The notes beneath the pieces are model-generated. The model saw only the letters and a list, made by a program, of their open reading frames with translations. It was not told the DNA's origin and made no database searches. Positions 1-10,135 of a stretch of DNA of 64,000 nt are shown piece after piece; position 1 is the stretch's first letter, and each line of letters opens with the position of its first letter. This stretch comes from an uncultured delta proteobacterium (lineage in GTDB: Bacteria; Bdellovibrionota; FAC87; UBA2466), in NCBI GenBank assembly GCA_963778115.1, contig CAVZSV010000004.1, positions 2,048,001 through 2,112,000 on the forward strand, in the 5' to 3' direction. The position numbers and the translations under genes are program-made.

Positions 1-495
1 TCGGGCCGCTTGTTTGGCAATGTCCATCATCTTGCGGACCGCCTCCGACTTACCGATGACGTTAGTGGACTCTGGCGTAATATTAGCTTTAAGCTCTTCC
101 TTCAGACTTAAATTCTCGTGAACTAAGCTGCGTCTCTCCAAGGCACGGTGGACCGATTTTAGTACCTGCAAACGTTGCAGAGGCTTAGTGATAAAATCGT
201 AGGCCCCCTTTTTCATCGCGTCTACGGCCAACTCCACGGTCCCGTAAGCGGTAATGAGAATCACCTCCACGGAGGGATTTACGATCTTTGAAGCTTCTAA
301 GAGCTCAAGGCCGTTGAGCGAATTCATTCTTAAATCGGTCATCAGAATATCCGTTGAGCCTTGTCGCAGATTCAACAAAGCGTCGTGCGGATTTTGAAAT
401 GTCTGAACTTGGGCTCCATCACTGCGCAGAATTCTTTCGAGCGATTCTAAGTTCGCCGGTTCATCGTCGACGATTACAATTCGATAATTCCCCAT
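1..495 (-). CDS. Response regulator, probably NtrC/sigma-54 family (partial, runs off window start)
   Basis: Manual translation from ATG at 495: MGNYRIVIVDDE...ILMTDLRM...ITAYGTVELAVDAMKKGAYDFITKP...NIIGKSEAVRKM. This is a receiver domain plus the linker typical of the start of an AAA+ domain. GGAGAG RBS upstream; lies directly after the kinase. Confidence 0.88.
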   Translation of the reverse strand, partial: MGNYRIVIVDDEPANLESLERILRSDGAQVQTFQNPHDALLNLRQGSTDILMTDLRMNSLNGLELLEASKIVNPSVEVILITAYGTVELAVDAMKKGAYDFITKPLQRLQVLKSVHRALERRSLVHENLSLKEELKANITPESTNVIGKSEAVRKMMDIAKQAAR

Positions 496-510
496 ATGGC
501 TCTCCTAAGG

Positions 511-1965
511 CTAAACCGGAAATTGGAAAGTAAAAGTAGTACCTTCACCTATCTGACTCTCACATTGAACACTCCCTTGGGCTTCCTCTACGATCGACTT
601 GGTTAGTGCGAGTCCAAGGCCTGTACCGTTGGGTTTTGTGGTGTAAAAGGCGTGAAAGGTTTGGCTTCGAATGGCGTCATTCATGCCGTACCCGGAATCG
701 CTGAATTGAATCCGGTAGACATTCTCTTTGACTTCCGTTCGCACAAGCAATTTTCCTCCGCGTGGCATTGCTTCTCTTGCATTCTTAATCACATTGAGAA
801 AAGCTTGTTTCAGGCGGGATCTATCACTTTTGACAAAAATTTCGTGCTGGGTGAGAAGTGCTTCGACATGAATATTTCGAGCACGATCTTCCTCTTTCGA
901 AAAATCAAGAATCTCCCGCAATAAATCATTCACCGCGGTTTTTTGACCATCCTGAGGAGGGACTCTGGCTCTTACCAAATAACTCTCGGTAATCTGATTT
1001 AGCCGTTCTATTTCTCGGGAAATGCTCCGTAACGTTTTAGAAATCTCAGGATGCACATGGTTGAGTTCGTTTTCTAGCCAGTCTATGTTGAGACAAATGG
1101 AATTCAGTGGATTTCGAATTTCATGCACGACTTCGGCGGAGAGCTGCCCCACGGCCGCAAGTCGTTCCGCTTTTAGCAACTCCGTCTGCTGCGCATGAAT
1201 CTTACGATCCCTTTCCTGAAGACCCGCCAGCATTCGATTATATTCGCGAGCCAATAAGGATACTTCGTCTTGGTCCGAAACATTTACTTTTAAGCTCTGG
1301 TTGAAATCTCCATCGGCGATTTTTTTTATACTGCTGATTAATAGCGGCAAAGGCTCTAACACCCTGTGAGAAAAGAAAAAGGTAAACGACCCGAGAAGAA
1401 TCGTGAGCACGCACAAAAAGAGGCTCGACATCAGGCTCTGGCGCCCCTCATTTTGCGCCGATAAAGTTATCCTCTGACATTCATCGTCGACGCGCTTGGA
1501 GATAGCAGCCAATTGAAGTTTCAGCAAAGCCGAGGTGGATTCAAATTGCGCTTTGTCCGTTATGCCAGTGAGCTTAGCGAAAGTGATTCTCACTTGCCCA
1601 ACCATGCCGTTGAGATCGTTGAAAGTTTGTTGAAAGTCGTGATTTTCTTCTTTGGACAATATCCGTTCGAGGGAGGCGAAACGCTTGTAAACCAGATAGG
1701 GATAGATATCTCGCACCATGCGCGAGAAATTTCCCCCGTCCGAGGTTGGCTCGTTCTGAAAATAGACCCGACGCATGTCCTCGGCGACCGAAAAGATATT
1801 CCCTTGAAGCTGAACCACCATCCGAGAGAAGGGCAGAAAGAACTCATTTACCAACTGAAGACGAGCGTTGGCCTGACGAAATCGAGCGTAGTTATAAGCA
1901 GAGACGCCGATAAACAGCGAAAGAATAGCAAGAAAGCAGGCCACTACCTTGGTTCGGATGCTCAT
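511..1965 (-). CDS. Membrane sensor histidine kinase (HAMP, HisKA, HATPase)
   Basis: Two TM segments, HAMP, H-box VHEIRNPLN, N-box NVIKNAREAM, G-boxes DSGYG and GTGLGL. Confidence 0.95.
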   Translation of the reverse strand: MSIRTKVVACFLAILSLFIGVSAYNYARFRQANARLQLVNEFFLPFSRMVVQLQGNIFSVAEDMRRVYFQNEPTSDGGNFSRMVRDIYPYLVYKRFASLERILSKEENHDFQQTFNDLNGMVGQVRITFAKLTGITDKAQFESTSALLKLQLAAISKRVDDECQRITLSAQNEGRQSLMSSLFLCVLTILLGSFTFFFSHRVLEPLPLLISSIKKIADGDFNQSLKVNVSDQDEVSLLAREYNRMLAGLQERDRKIHAQQTELLKAERLAAVGQLSAEVVHEIRNPLNSICLNIDWLENELNHVHPEISKTLRSISREIERLNQITESYLVRARVPPQDGQKTAVNDLLREILDFSKEEDRARNIHVEALLTQHEIFVKSDRSRLKQAFLNVIKNAREAMPRGGKLLVRTEVKENVYRIQFSDSGYGMNDAIRSQTFHAFYTTKPNGTGLGLALTKSIVEEAQGSVQCESQIGEGTTFTFQFPV

Positions 1966-2080
1966 AGTGATTGGGGATTCGGTAAAGAAGCGTAAAAACG
2001 CGAGAAGGAAAGACTACCTCTATTTTACACCGTCTCAATAATTGCATCTATAAGTATCAAGAAGTGATCCCTTGGTGTTC

Positions 2081-2113
2081 AAAAAAAAGAAAGCCGTTCC
2101 TTTGGGAACGGCT
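2081..2113 (-). terminator. Intrinsic terminator of the 2146-2958 gene
   Basis: Stem AGCCGTTCC-tttg-GGAACGGCT (2092-2113); A-run at 2081-2088 gives a U-tract on the minus strand. Confidence 0.85.
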
Positions 2114-2145
2114 CTCTATTCGGGTAAAGTTGGGACCTGTAAAGC

Positions 2146-2958
2146 TTAGAACGCGAGACGGACCGCACCGCCAAACTCGACTCCGTCTCCGGAATTCAAC
2201 GTATCACTGACATAACCACTAATATCGAATCTGCCGAACGTTAATCCGAGACGACCTTGGAGTTGGCTTTCTGCGGCTAACATGAGGTAATTATAACCCG
2301 CGGCGGCATAAAGCATATTTCCTTGCATCGTTATGAAAGCGCCGAGATCGTAATCACTGAAGTTGTTAAGATTATTGAACGTGGCATCGACCTCAACACG
2401 GGTCATTTGATTGAAACCCCAACCCACTGCGGCAGTTCCCGTCTGAGTATTTCCACCCGCTTGATTGATCGTCGTATTGACGGCGACACCGGTAGTGAAT
2501 CCCATTCGCTTGTCACCGTTCCAGGTCAGTGTTCCGCCAACGATTCCGTCGTTGGTCTGATTCACGTCAATCGAACGACTAGCCGCAACTCCGACGGTAA
2601 TGTGCTCATGATCGAGTGCCACACCCATACCGGCCCCGACAGAATCCGATTTTTCAGCGGTATTTGTTAAACTGGTTCCCGTTCGGGTCACGTCGACTCC
2701 AAATCCGAAATTTCCGCCTCCGTAAACGACGGAAGGCGTCAAGCTTTGATCCGTAGTTCCACTATTGGTTTGAGTGGTATAGCTCATATCGACAGCAGTT
2801 CCCTTATCCAAGGCAAACTGGCCGGGGTTTACGAAACTGTTATGATCGGGAAAAAGAAATCCCAGACCACCGCGAGAGATAGTAGGTCCTCCGTACGCCT
2901 GTCCGACGGATGAAATTAATAAAGCGGCAAACGAAACCACAGATAATAGCTTTTTCAT
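2146..2958 (-). CDS. Putative outer-membrane beta-barrel protein
   Basis: Signal peptide MKKLLSVVSFAALL..GQA, Gly/aromatic alternating strands, C-terminal Phe (VRLAF). Start moved to ATG 2958. Confidence 0.7.
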   Translation of the reverse strand: MKKLLSVVSFAALLISSVGQAYGGPTISRGGLGFLFPDHNSFVNPGQFALDKGTAVDMSYTTQTNSGTTDQSLTPSVVYGGGNFGFGVDVTRTGTSLTNTAEKSDSVGAGMGVALDHEHITVGVAASRSIDVNQTNDGIVGGTLTWNGDKRMGFTTGVAVNTTINQAGGNTQTGTAAVGWGFNQMTRVEVDATFNNLNNFSDYDLGAFITMQGNMLYAAAGYNYLMLAAESQLQGRLGLTFGRFDISGYVSDTLNSGDGVEFGGAVRLAF

Positions 2959-3096
2959 GAAAAGGCCCCCTGTACCCGAATGTGTTTGCAAAAAATAAAG
3001 GTCAGATAATTTCTAGAATGCTTATTAATTTTATTATTGTTTTGCAAAAATGTCGATACGTTGAAAATTGAGACCTTTATACACCGTTCCAAAAAC

Positions 3097-4371
3097 TCAC
3101 CCCGAAACAGCGGACGATTTTTCTCGTTTAACGGTGGATGAGGAGCTCTCTTTTGGCTGAATGGCTTCTTGGAGAAATTTTTCCAAGATGGTCTCTCTTC
3201 GGAAATTCTTAGCTGCATAGTCAGAATTTTTACGGGCAAACTCCCCAAGAACACCATTGCCTAACCGTTTAGCCTCACGGATAGCTTCCGCCAACTTCTC
3301 GGGTTGTCCATGTTCCACCTGAAATCCGTTCGGACACTCTTGCAATAGATCAGAAAGATGACTTTGCCGTGCACAGATCGCGACGAAAGGCCTTCCGCTG
3401 GCCAAAACCCCGTAGACTTTGGAAGTATGGACCAAACCGTTTACCTCGTTTCCCAAAACTACAACGTGAAGATTGGCCATCGACAACGAGGATCTTAATT
3501 TTTCGATCGGTTGAAACGGAAGTTGGGAAATATTGTCCAAGCCGTTATCAAGAACAAAGTTAGTCACCTCCTGCCTTCGCAATCCCCCACCGGCAAAGAC
3601 GAAATGAATATCCTTGTCTCGACGTAATAGCTTTGCGGCTTCGAGTAGTGTGCGAAGGGGATGAACCACGCTGTGATTTCCTGAGTAAAGAACTATAAAT
3701 TTATCTTCCCAACCTCTTTCCCTTCGAAATTCATTGTCGGGAGAGCCTAACGGCTCAGGATTAGGCCCGGGATTTTTTACCACCGGCCAGGGAGGGATCA
3801 CTAAAATTCTCTTCGGATCTATCCCGTGAGCCATAATGGTCTGCTTCATCCAACGATCTAGAACGATGATTCGGTCACTCGCTTTTAAGGTCGTCCGAAA
3901 GAGGCCCAGAAGAAATCTTGATACTAGCGAACCACGCTTAAGATAGCCCACGGCAATGGCGGCCTCTGGATTTATATCCATCAGCCACTGGACAAACTCT
4001 CCCCCCCGAAAAACATGATAGATCAGCCCAAAGATCCCCACTAACGGCGGAGAGGTTAAGCAGACAACGACATCATGCTTCGGAACGGTGAATATCTTTA
4101 TTAAAAGCATGAAGTCGAACGAAAGGGCATCGATCAACCGCCGCAAGAAACTCGTTTTCCCAAATCCCGTGGAACTAATACGATAAATCTCGATCCCTTG
4201 ATAGGTTTCGCGTTTTGAAAAAAGGCGATTGCGATCTTCGTAAGCTCTACGATCGGAGATAACAGAAACTTCGTGGCCGTTCTGGATAAAATAGTTCGCC
4301 GCATCTATCAAATGCTGTGCGGTCGCCACGCCGTCGGGATAGAAGGCTTGATTGATAAAAAGTATTTTCAT
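3097..4371 (-). CDS. Glycosyltransferase family 4 (WcaI/WbuB-like)
   Basis: MKILFINQAFYPD start, TSPP, DINPE, YSGN, SKVYGVLASGRP motifs. Confidence 0.9.
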   Translation of the reverse strand: MKILFINQAFYPDGVATAQHLIDAANYFIQNGHEVSVISDRRAYEDRNRLFSKRETYQGIEIYRISSTGFGKTSFLRRLIDALSFDFMLLIKIFTVPKHDVVVCLTSPPLVGIFGLIYHVFRGGEFVQWLMDINPEAAIAVGYLKRGSLVSRFLLGLFRTTLKASDRIIVLDRWMKQTIMAHGIDPKRILVIPPWPVVKNPGPNPEPLGSPDNEFRRERGWEDKFIVLYSGNHSVVHPLRTLLEAAKLLRRDKDIHFVFAGGGLRRQEVTNFVLDNGLDNISQLPFQPIEKLRSSLSMANLHVVVLGNEVNGLVHTSKVYGVLASGRPFVAICARQSHLSDLLQECPNGFQVEHGQPEKLAEAIREAKRLGNGVLGEFARKNSDYAAKNFRRETILEKFLQEAIQPKESSSSTVKREKSSAVSG

Positions 4372-4561
4372 GTTGAGCCATTGGGGCAGGAAGTTACCAT
4401 TATTTCACCGGATGATCCTTTTGGGAAGCTGGGGTTGTGTCCCAGATCACTTTTGGGAGCAGGAGCTTCGCCGTAACGCACCGAGAGAGCCTCGCCAATA
4501 AATCTAAAGTCCTATTTTGCCTCTTGGAGGAAAGGCCCGGATTACGCTATCTTCTGGAAAC

Positions 4562-5227
4562 ATGAAAACTCTTTGGATTGTTACGATTTTGTTCCTAAGC
4601 CTTTCCCGTTTAGCTTCGGCTGACCCACAACCACTTCCTGAGTTTCAGTTAGTGGATCAGGACGGGAAGGAATTTAAGCTGCACTCGCTCAAAGGCAATT
4701 ATGTTTTGATGTCATTCATTTACACTAGATGTCCGATGCCCGACATGTGTCCGCTCACCATCAAATTGAGCCGAGACCTTCTTCAGCAATGGAAGGCGCA
4801 ATCTTCCCTAGTGAAAAAAGGATTTCCCCTCAAATTGCTTGGGGTGACGCTGGAGCCTACTTTCGACACACCGGCAATTCTAAAGAAGTACATGAAAGAT
4901 CAAGACCTAGATCCCCAATATTTCACTTTTGTCACCGGAGATCCCCAAGCTTTATCCGACCTGGCCTCGGAGTTTAACGTTATCGGAGTGCCTAGCGGGG
5001 GAACGATAGCACACAACGTTAAAACAGAGCTTCTTAGTCCCCTTATGGTTCCTTTAGAAGAGTACAAGGATAATCAGTGGACCCCCGATCAGGTCCTTAG
5101 TCGAATGAGAAAATCGGTGGCGTGGTGGAAATGGTTTTTCATCGCGAGCGCATTTCTGGCGATACCCGGCATTTTGCTTTTAATAAGGCTACGCCGGTAT
5201 CAACTCGATGCTCCGCTGCCGGAATAG
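4562..5227 (+). CDS. SCO family copper/redox protein; its C-terminal 34 aa look AmpG-derived (see findings)
   Basis: Signal peptide, FQLVDQDGK, FIYTRCPMPDMCP, conserved His in IAHN. Confidence 0.85.
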   Translation: MKTLWIVTILFLSLSRLASADPQPLPEFQLVDQDGKEFKLHSLKGNYVLMSFIYTRCPMPDMCPLTIKLSRDLLQQWKAQSSLVKKGFPLKLLGVTLEPTFDTPAILKKYMKDQDLDPQYFTFVTGDPQALSDLASEFNVIGVPSGGTIAHNVKTELLSPLMVPLEEYKDNQWTPDQVLSRMRKSVAWWKWFFIASAFLAIPGILLLIRLRRYQLDAPLPE

Positions 5228-5230
5228 ATC

Positions 5231-6394
5231 CTAGAACGCCATGTGGCTCAGATGATTCGCTAAGTAACCGGCAAATACTCCCCCTCCTATCGGAGTAAGC
5301 GCCATCACGCTGGATAAAAGGGCGTATTGAGTTGCTGAAAAATGTTTATCGGTGAGGCTAATTAAATAGGCGGTGAAAGCCGCCGTTCCCATCCCTCCGC
5401 AGATATTTTCTATTCCTACTGAAGTCACCATCATTCCATAATTTTTCCCGAGAAAGGAAAGAGGGACAAAAGCAAGATTGGAGACCGCTTGGAGAAACGC
5501 GAATGTCCATAAGGAACGCTGAAGACCCCATTTCGCGGTAAGCCCTCCTCCCAGCATCGCTCCTACAATCGTCATGGCCATTCCCATCGTCTTGTTGACG
5601 GCTCCGACATCTAATTTGGAAAATCCCAACTGGAAAAGAAAAGGGGAACTCATTTCGCCCGCGACCGCGTCCCCCAATTTATAGAGTAAGACAAGAAAGA
5701 GCATCTCGACAGCCCCCGGCCGTTTGAAAAAACTAAGAAAAGGTTCCACCACGGCATCCCTAATCGACTTGGGAGGTTTCACTTGCACAGCCGGCAGAGG
5801 TGCAAAAAAGGAAGTTACCAGACCTATCCCCATCAGGGCCGCCATAATGAGGTACACGGAACTCCAAGAAATTTTCTCAGCAAGTCCCAGTGCCCCTCCT
5901 CCGGCAACAATAAGAGCGAAGCGCGCTCCCATCACCGTAACTCCCGCACCCGGCCCGCGCTCTTCCGGAGTCAAGAGATCAGCTCGGTAGGCATCGATAA
6001 CGATGTCTTGGCTCGCGCTAAAAAAGGCGACGATGAGAGCAAGAAAGGCGCATTCCCAAGGCAGCGAAAGCGGTTTGGAGAATCCTAGACAGGCAATCGA
6101 GATGATAAGAGCCACTTGAAAAACCGCCATCCACGCAGAACGGCGATGGAGAAAAGGAAGAGAATACCGGTCGATAAAGGGGGACCACAGAAATTTAAAA
6201 GTGTAGGGAAGACCAATGAGAGAAAACAGGCCTATGGTCTTTAAGTTCGCCCCCTCGCTCGCCATCCACGCTTTGAGAGTCCCTTTTACCAAAGGAAGAG
6301 GTAGCCCCGAAGAGAAAGCAAGAAGTAGAGTTACCGCTATTCGGCGATTGGTGAAAACTTCTTTTAGAGTGATGCGTCGTTTGTGTTCTGCCAT
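5231..6394 (-). CDS. ampG: AmpG muropeptide MFS permease, lacking its last TM helix in this orientation
   Basis: FSSGLP, PYTFKFLWSPFID, SASQDIVIDAYR, FSATQYALLSS motifs; ends abruptly at YLANHLSHMAF. Confidence 0.9.
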   Translation of the reverse strand: MAEHKRRITLKEVFTNRRIAVTLLLAFSSGLPLPLVKGTLKAWMASEGANLKTIGLFSLIGLPYTFKFLWSPFIDRYSLPFLHRRSAWMAVFQVALIISIACLGFSKPLSLPWECAFLALIVAFFSASQDIVIDAYRADLLTPEERGPGAGVTVMGARFALIVAGGGALGLAEKISWSSVYLIMAALMGIGLVTSFFAPLPAVQVKPPKSIRDAVVEPFLSFFKRPGAVEMLFLVLLYKLGDAVAGEMSSPFLFQLGFSKLDVGAVNKTMGMAMTIVGAMLGGGLTAKWGLQRSLWTFAFLQAVSNLAFVPLSFLGKNYGMMVTSVGIENICGGMGTAAFTAYLISLTDKHFSATQYALLSSVMALTPIGGGVFAGYLANHLSHMAF

Positions 6395-6467
6395 AAAAAG
6401 ATTATGGCAGAGATAAATCAAATTGCCTCAACAAGATTCAACTGCGGCTCAGCATAATAGTTGCCCT

Positions 6468-8051
6468 TTACCGATTCATTAGAGGGCACGCTACTTTCGC
6501 CATCATGGAGGGCTGAAAGTTCGGAGCATTAGGAGCGGTATGACAGGTTCGGCAAGTAGACTCTTGAACCTTCTTGTTGCCGATCGTTTCATTTCCTGGA
6601 TGCCCGACTCTCTCCCCGTGGCAATTTTCGCATTGGACGTCCAAGAACCATTTCAATATCTTTTTTTCACTTTCCAGCCGTTGAATCGTCCTTACATAGC
6701 TACGATGTAATTTGGCGTACCTTGCCGGTTGCAACCTAGAATCTAATGATTTCACGGGCCCTTTGCCAAAAACGTCTTTCATTATTTTTTCGACGAAAGA
6801 GGTTCCCTTCTTGTCTGGAATCTGTGGTGACAAGACATAAGGACGGGCGATCTTTTCAAAGCCACCAGGTTGCTCGAACCCCAACGAATGACATGCAATA
6901 CACTCCGGATCAAAGTGTTGATTCTTGGCGTAAAGAACAATCGCTGCTGCGGCATGATTCGTTTTGGCCCAGAATTCGTACTGCTCCTTGTGGCAGGTCC
7001 TACAAGTCATAACGTTCGCCCGGAAGCGCTCGTCGGTGACAGGCCTAGACGCCGAGAGGGGTAAAGGCGCCTGCACCACATCAATAGGTTCTAGTCCCCG
7101 ACTGCGAATGGTCTCCCGGTAGGCCGCGACGACAGCCGTTACCGCACTCGGTTTGTCGAAAGTATCCTCCATATCAACCAAGAGCGGGTTAGTGACGTTG
7201 GGTTGAGACGAGCTAAGTTCGATCCGTCCCATCTGTTGCCCCTGATACAACGTTTGAACCACCGCGGTCGTTCCGTACACCTCTGGCTTTTGAAGCGAGT
7301 CCAGCGAATGGGAGCCAACGATAAGATCGACGCCTCCCCGCTTTGCAAATTCCCGATCTCTTTCCAAGCCCAGATGTGAAAGTAGGATGACGATTTCAGC
7401 GCCTCCCTTTTTCAACTCCTGCAAAGTTCGGCTAAAGGCCTGCACGGGATCTTCCACCACTACCGACGAGACTCGGCTCATCACATCGGGACTCGTCAAA
7501 CTCATCACTCCCACCTTTTGGCCTTGGAGATCAAAAATATGGAAGTTCTCAAAGAGAGTATTCCCCTGCTGGTCTTTAAGGTTAGACGAGATAAATACAG
7601 CGCCACTTCGTTTTTGAAGATCTCTCAAAAAACCTAACCCCGCCGCAAAATCTCTCTCTCCAGGAGTGAACGCGTCCCAATGCAGTTGGCGGTAACTATC
7701 AGCTATCGTAGCGGCTCGAATCTTTTCTTGTTCGATCCGCCGAGTATTGAGCGGATTGCTTGAGAAAAAGGTGTCTCCGGCATCCACCAAGAGTTGAGTC
7801 CGCTTGCCCAATCCCTTGCGGCTCTCTTCTAAAAAGACAGCCATGCGATTGAGCCCCCCGAGTTGGTGAACTTGGCAACCACAAGGCTCTACCTCCCCTT
7901 GCCGGTTCGCGCTATAAAAGACAGTGAGACGGGGGAAATTCGTTTTTTCAGGAGTAACCGCGCAACCTATTAATATTATAATAGAAAATAGAAAGCTCAG
8001 GGGCCGGGTTCTTGGACGCTTGCCTCGGTCTGTCGTGATGGGATCTAACAT
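6468..8051 (-). CDS. Lipoprotein: UshA/5'-nucleotidase-like domain fused to a tetraheme cytochrome c (c554-like) domain
   Basis: ILIGC lipobox; EPCGC..LGGL.R, VDAGD, LSHLG, VGSH motifs; four CxxCH (CRTCH, CIACH, CENCH, CRTCH). Confidence 0.8.
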   Translation of the reverse strand: MLDPITTDRGKRPRTRPLSFLFSIIILIGCAVTPEKTNFPRLTVFYSANRQGEVEPCGCQVHQLGGLNRMAVFLEESRKGLGKRTQLLVDAGDTFFSSNPLNTRRIEQEKIRAATIADSYRQLHWDAFTPGERDFAAGLGFLRDLQKRSGAVFISSNLKDQQGNTLFENFHIFDLQGQKVGVMSLTSPDVMSRVSSVVVEDPVQAFSRTLQELKKGGAEIVILLSHLGLERDREFAKRGGVDLIVGSHSLDSLQKPEVYGTTAVVQTLYQGQQMGRIELSSSQPNVTNPLLVDMEDTFDKPSAVTAVVAAYRETIRSRGLEPIDVVQAPLPLSASRPVTDERFRANVMTCRTCHKEQYEFWAKTNHAAAAIVLYAKNQHFDPECIACHSLGFEQPGGFEKIARPYVLSPQIPDKKGTSFVEKIMKDVFGKGPVKSLDSRLQPARYAKLHRSYVRTIQRLESEKKILKWFLDVQCENCHGERVGHPGNETIGNKKVQESTCRTCHTAPNAPNFQPSMMAKVACPLMNR

Positions 8052-8184
8052 GAAGAAACCTCGTCTCCTTAAAATTAGAAGTGGGTATCACCAGGGCTTC
8101 ATAAGATTGCCATTATCCTGCTTCTTCCATTAGCATGGCTGGCATGTCTTATCATACCCAAGCCTTCTCGAATCGAGGATAGCA

Positions 8185-9159
8185 ATGAGAGTAAATGCGA
8201 CATCAAATGGGAAATTAAATGGCTTCTGGCGAGTCTCCACCGCCCTACTAGCCCTTTGTCTCATCGGATGCGTTAAACCTTCCTCCGAAAGTAAGGAGCA
8301 GATCATTGCCAAAGTAAACGGAGAGCCCATCTCGCTCAAGGAGTTCCAGGTGAACTACCTACAACTCAAAGGAGAACAGGACGAGATCTCTCAAAAGAAT
8401 CCGAAGTTAATGGATCAGCTCAAGACGAGAGCCCTGAACGAAGTCATTATCATCAATCTCCTGCGTCAGGAGGCCGACAAACGAAAACTGCGAATTGCCA
8501 AAGAAGAAGTGGAAGGACGACTGGCCAATTGGAAAGAGGGCTATCCTCCCGGCGGCTTCGAAGAGATGCTTCGCAAACAAAATACGACGGAAGACTTTCT
8601 AAAGAAGCGGATCGAAGACCAGCTTCTCATTGAAAAGGTAACGGCGGAGACCTTCGTTGCGGAGACACGGGTTTCCGATGACGAGATGAAAGCCTATTAC
8701 AAAGACCATGAAAATGAGTTCGCCCGCCCCGAAAGGCTCCACGTCTTTCAGATCTTGGTTCCCACCAAAGAGGAGGCCGAGAAGATTCGACAAGAGATTG
8801 TTTCTGGAAAACTCACCTTTGAGTCGGCAGCTCGGCAATACTCGACCAGCCCCGATGCTTCCAAAGGGGGTGATCTTGGCTTCTTCTCTAAGAACGAGAA
8901 AATTCCGGCATTTAACGAGTCATTCAACTTGGCCGTAGGAGCTATTTCCAAGCCTGTTACTAGTCCCTACGGGACCCATTTACTTAAGACCGTCGAAAAA
9001 CAGCCGGCCAAAAAACTTAACTACAATGAAGCCAAAGATGATATCGTGAGAGCCCTTAAACGGCAGAAAGAGGTCCGAGTATATAAGGAATGGGTGACTA
9101 AACTGCTGAAGGATGGAGAGATTTACCGCAATGAGGCTTTGTTTACTAATATTTCTTAG
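8185..9159 (+). CDS. PrsA/SurA-like parvulin peptidyl-prolyl isomerase lipoprotein
   Basis: LIGC lipobox, IAKVNGEPI, FESAARQYS..SKGGDLGFF, SPYGTHL. Confidence 0.9.
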   Translation: MRVNATSNGKLNGFWRVSTALLALCLIGCVKPSSESKEQIIAKVNGEPISLKEFQVNYLQLKGEQDEISQKNPKLMDQLKTRALNEVIIINLLRQEADKRKLRIAKEEVEGRLANWKEGYPPGGFEEMLRKQNTTEDFLKKRIEDQLLIEKVTAETFVAETRVSDDEMKAYYKDHENEFARPERLHVFQILVPTKEEAEKIRQEIVSGKLTFESAARQYSTSPDASKGGDLGFFSKNEKIPAFNESFNLAVGAISKPVTSPYGTHLLKTVEKQPAKKLNYNEAKDDIVRALKRQKEVRVYKEWVTKLLKDGEIYRNEALFTNIS

Positions 9160-10135
9160 CGTCGTCGCACTTTCGTTTGCACTAGTCCCTGCCCCACTTG
9201 TCCACGCGGCTCGAAAAGTACTCGATAAGAGTGTCGTGACGGTAAATGACGAGGTCATCTTACAATCTGACGTAGACGCGTTTCAGAAGAAAATTCGATC
9301 GAAAAGTTTTCAAGAGCTCTTTGGGGGTGTGGACGAAAAGACCGCCAACGATCCGAATAAGATCTTACAACTTTTAATTGAAGAGAAGATCATCAATCAG
9401 CAAGTCAAAAAACTTGAACTCTCTGCATCCGATCAGGAGATCGATGGCCAAATCCGCGCTATCGCCAAGCGAAACGGAATCACCGAAGCTCAGCTCACTG
9501 ACCGACTGAAGCAATTGGGCACCACGATGACTGAGTACCGTGACGGCATCAAACGGCAAATAGAACGGAAAAACCTGGTTGATCGAGAGATCCGTCCCAA
9601 TATGGAAATTTCGGAGGAAGATCTCCGCCACTATTACCAAAGAAATGCAAAACCGGAAGACTCGGAGACGCAATTTAAAGTTGCCCAAATCCTAATCGAC
9701 TCCGCTCCTAAGGGCGGGGTGCTCGCGGCGGATCGCGCCAAGACGGTTTGGAAAGAGGTCTCCGCTAAGCCTAGCGAGTTTGAAGCGGCGGCGAAGCAAT
9801 ATTCCGACGACAGTTCCAATGCGTCGACCGGCGGAGTCTTGGGCTACTTTTCCATTTCTCAGTTAGCCAAGGAATTCAGAGATGCCGTCAAGAAGACTCC
9901 CGTGGGGCAAGTCACCGAGCCCATTAAGACAGCGGCGGGTTTCCATATCCTTAAAGTTCTTGAGACACGTGCCGGAGATTTTGCGAGTCTTCCGAAGGAT
10001 CGCAGAGATGCCCTCCAGAGCCAAATGCAGGCGGAAGAGCTCGAAAAGAGAATGGGAATGTGGCTAGAGCGAAAAAAGCACGAAGCTTTCATCCGGCGTG
10101 CGGACGACAAGGAATATCGCAATGCTAGTAAGTGA
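9131..10135 (+). CDS. surA: SurA-like periplasmic chaperone/PPIase
   Basis: VVTVNDEVILQSD SurA N-domain; AAKQYSDD..GGVLG and GFHILKV parvulin motifs. Confidence 0.8.
   Translation: MRLCLLIFLSVVALSFALVPAPLVHAARKVLDKSVVTVNDEVILQSDVDAFQKKIRSKSFQELFGGVDEKTANDPNKILQLLIEEKIINQQVKKLELSASDQEIDGQIRAIAKRNGITEAQLTDRLKQLGTTMTEYRDGIKRQIERKNLVDREIRPNMEISEEDLRHYYQRNAKPEDSETQFKVAQILIDSAPKGGVLAADRAKTVWKEVSAKPSEFEAAAKQYSDDSSNASTGGVLGYFSISQLAKEFRDAVKKTPVGQVTEPIKTAAGFHILKVLETRAGDFASLPKDRRDALQSQMQAEELEKRMGMWLERKKHEAFIRRADDKEYRNASK

Noticed and set aside
7870..7890. Possible selenocysteine at the CGC motif
   Set aside because: Codons are TGT and TGC; there is no in-frame TGA
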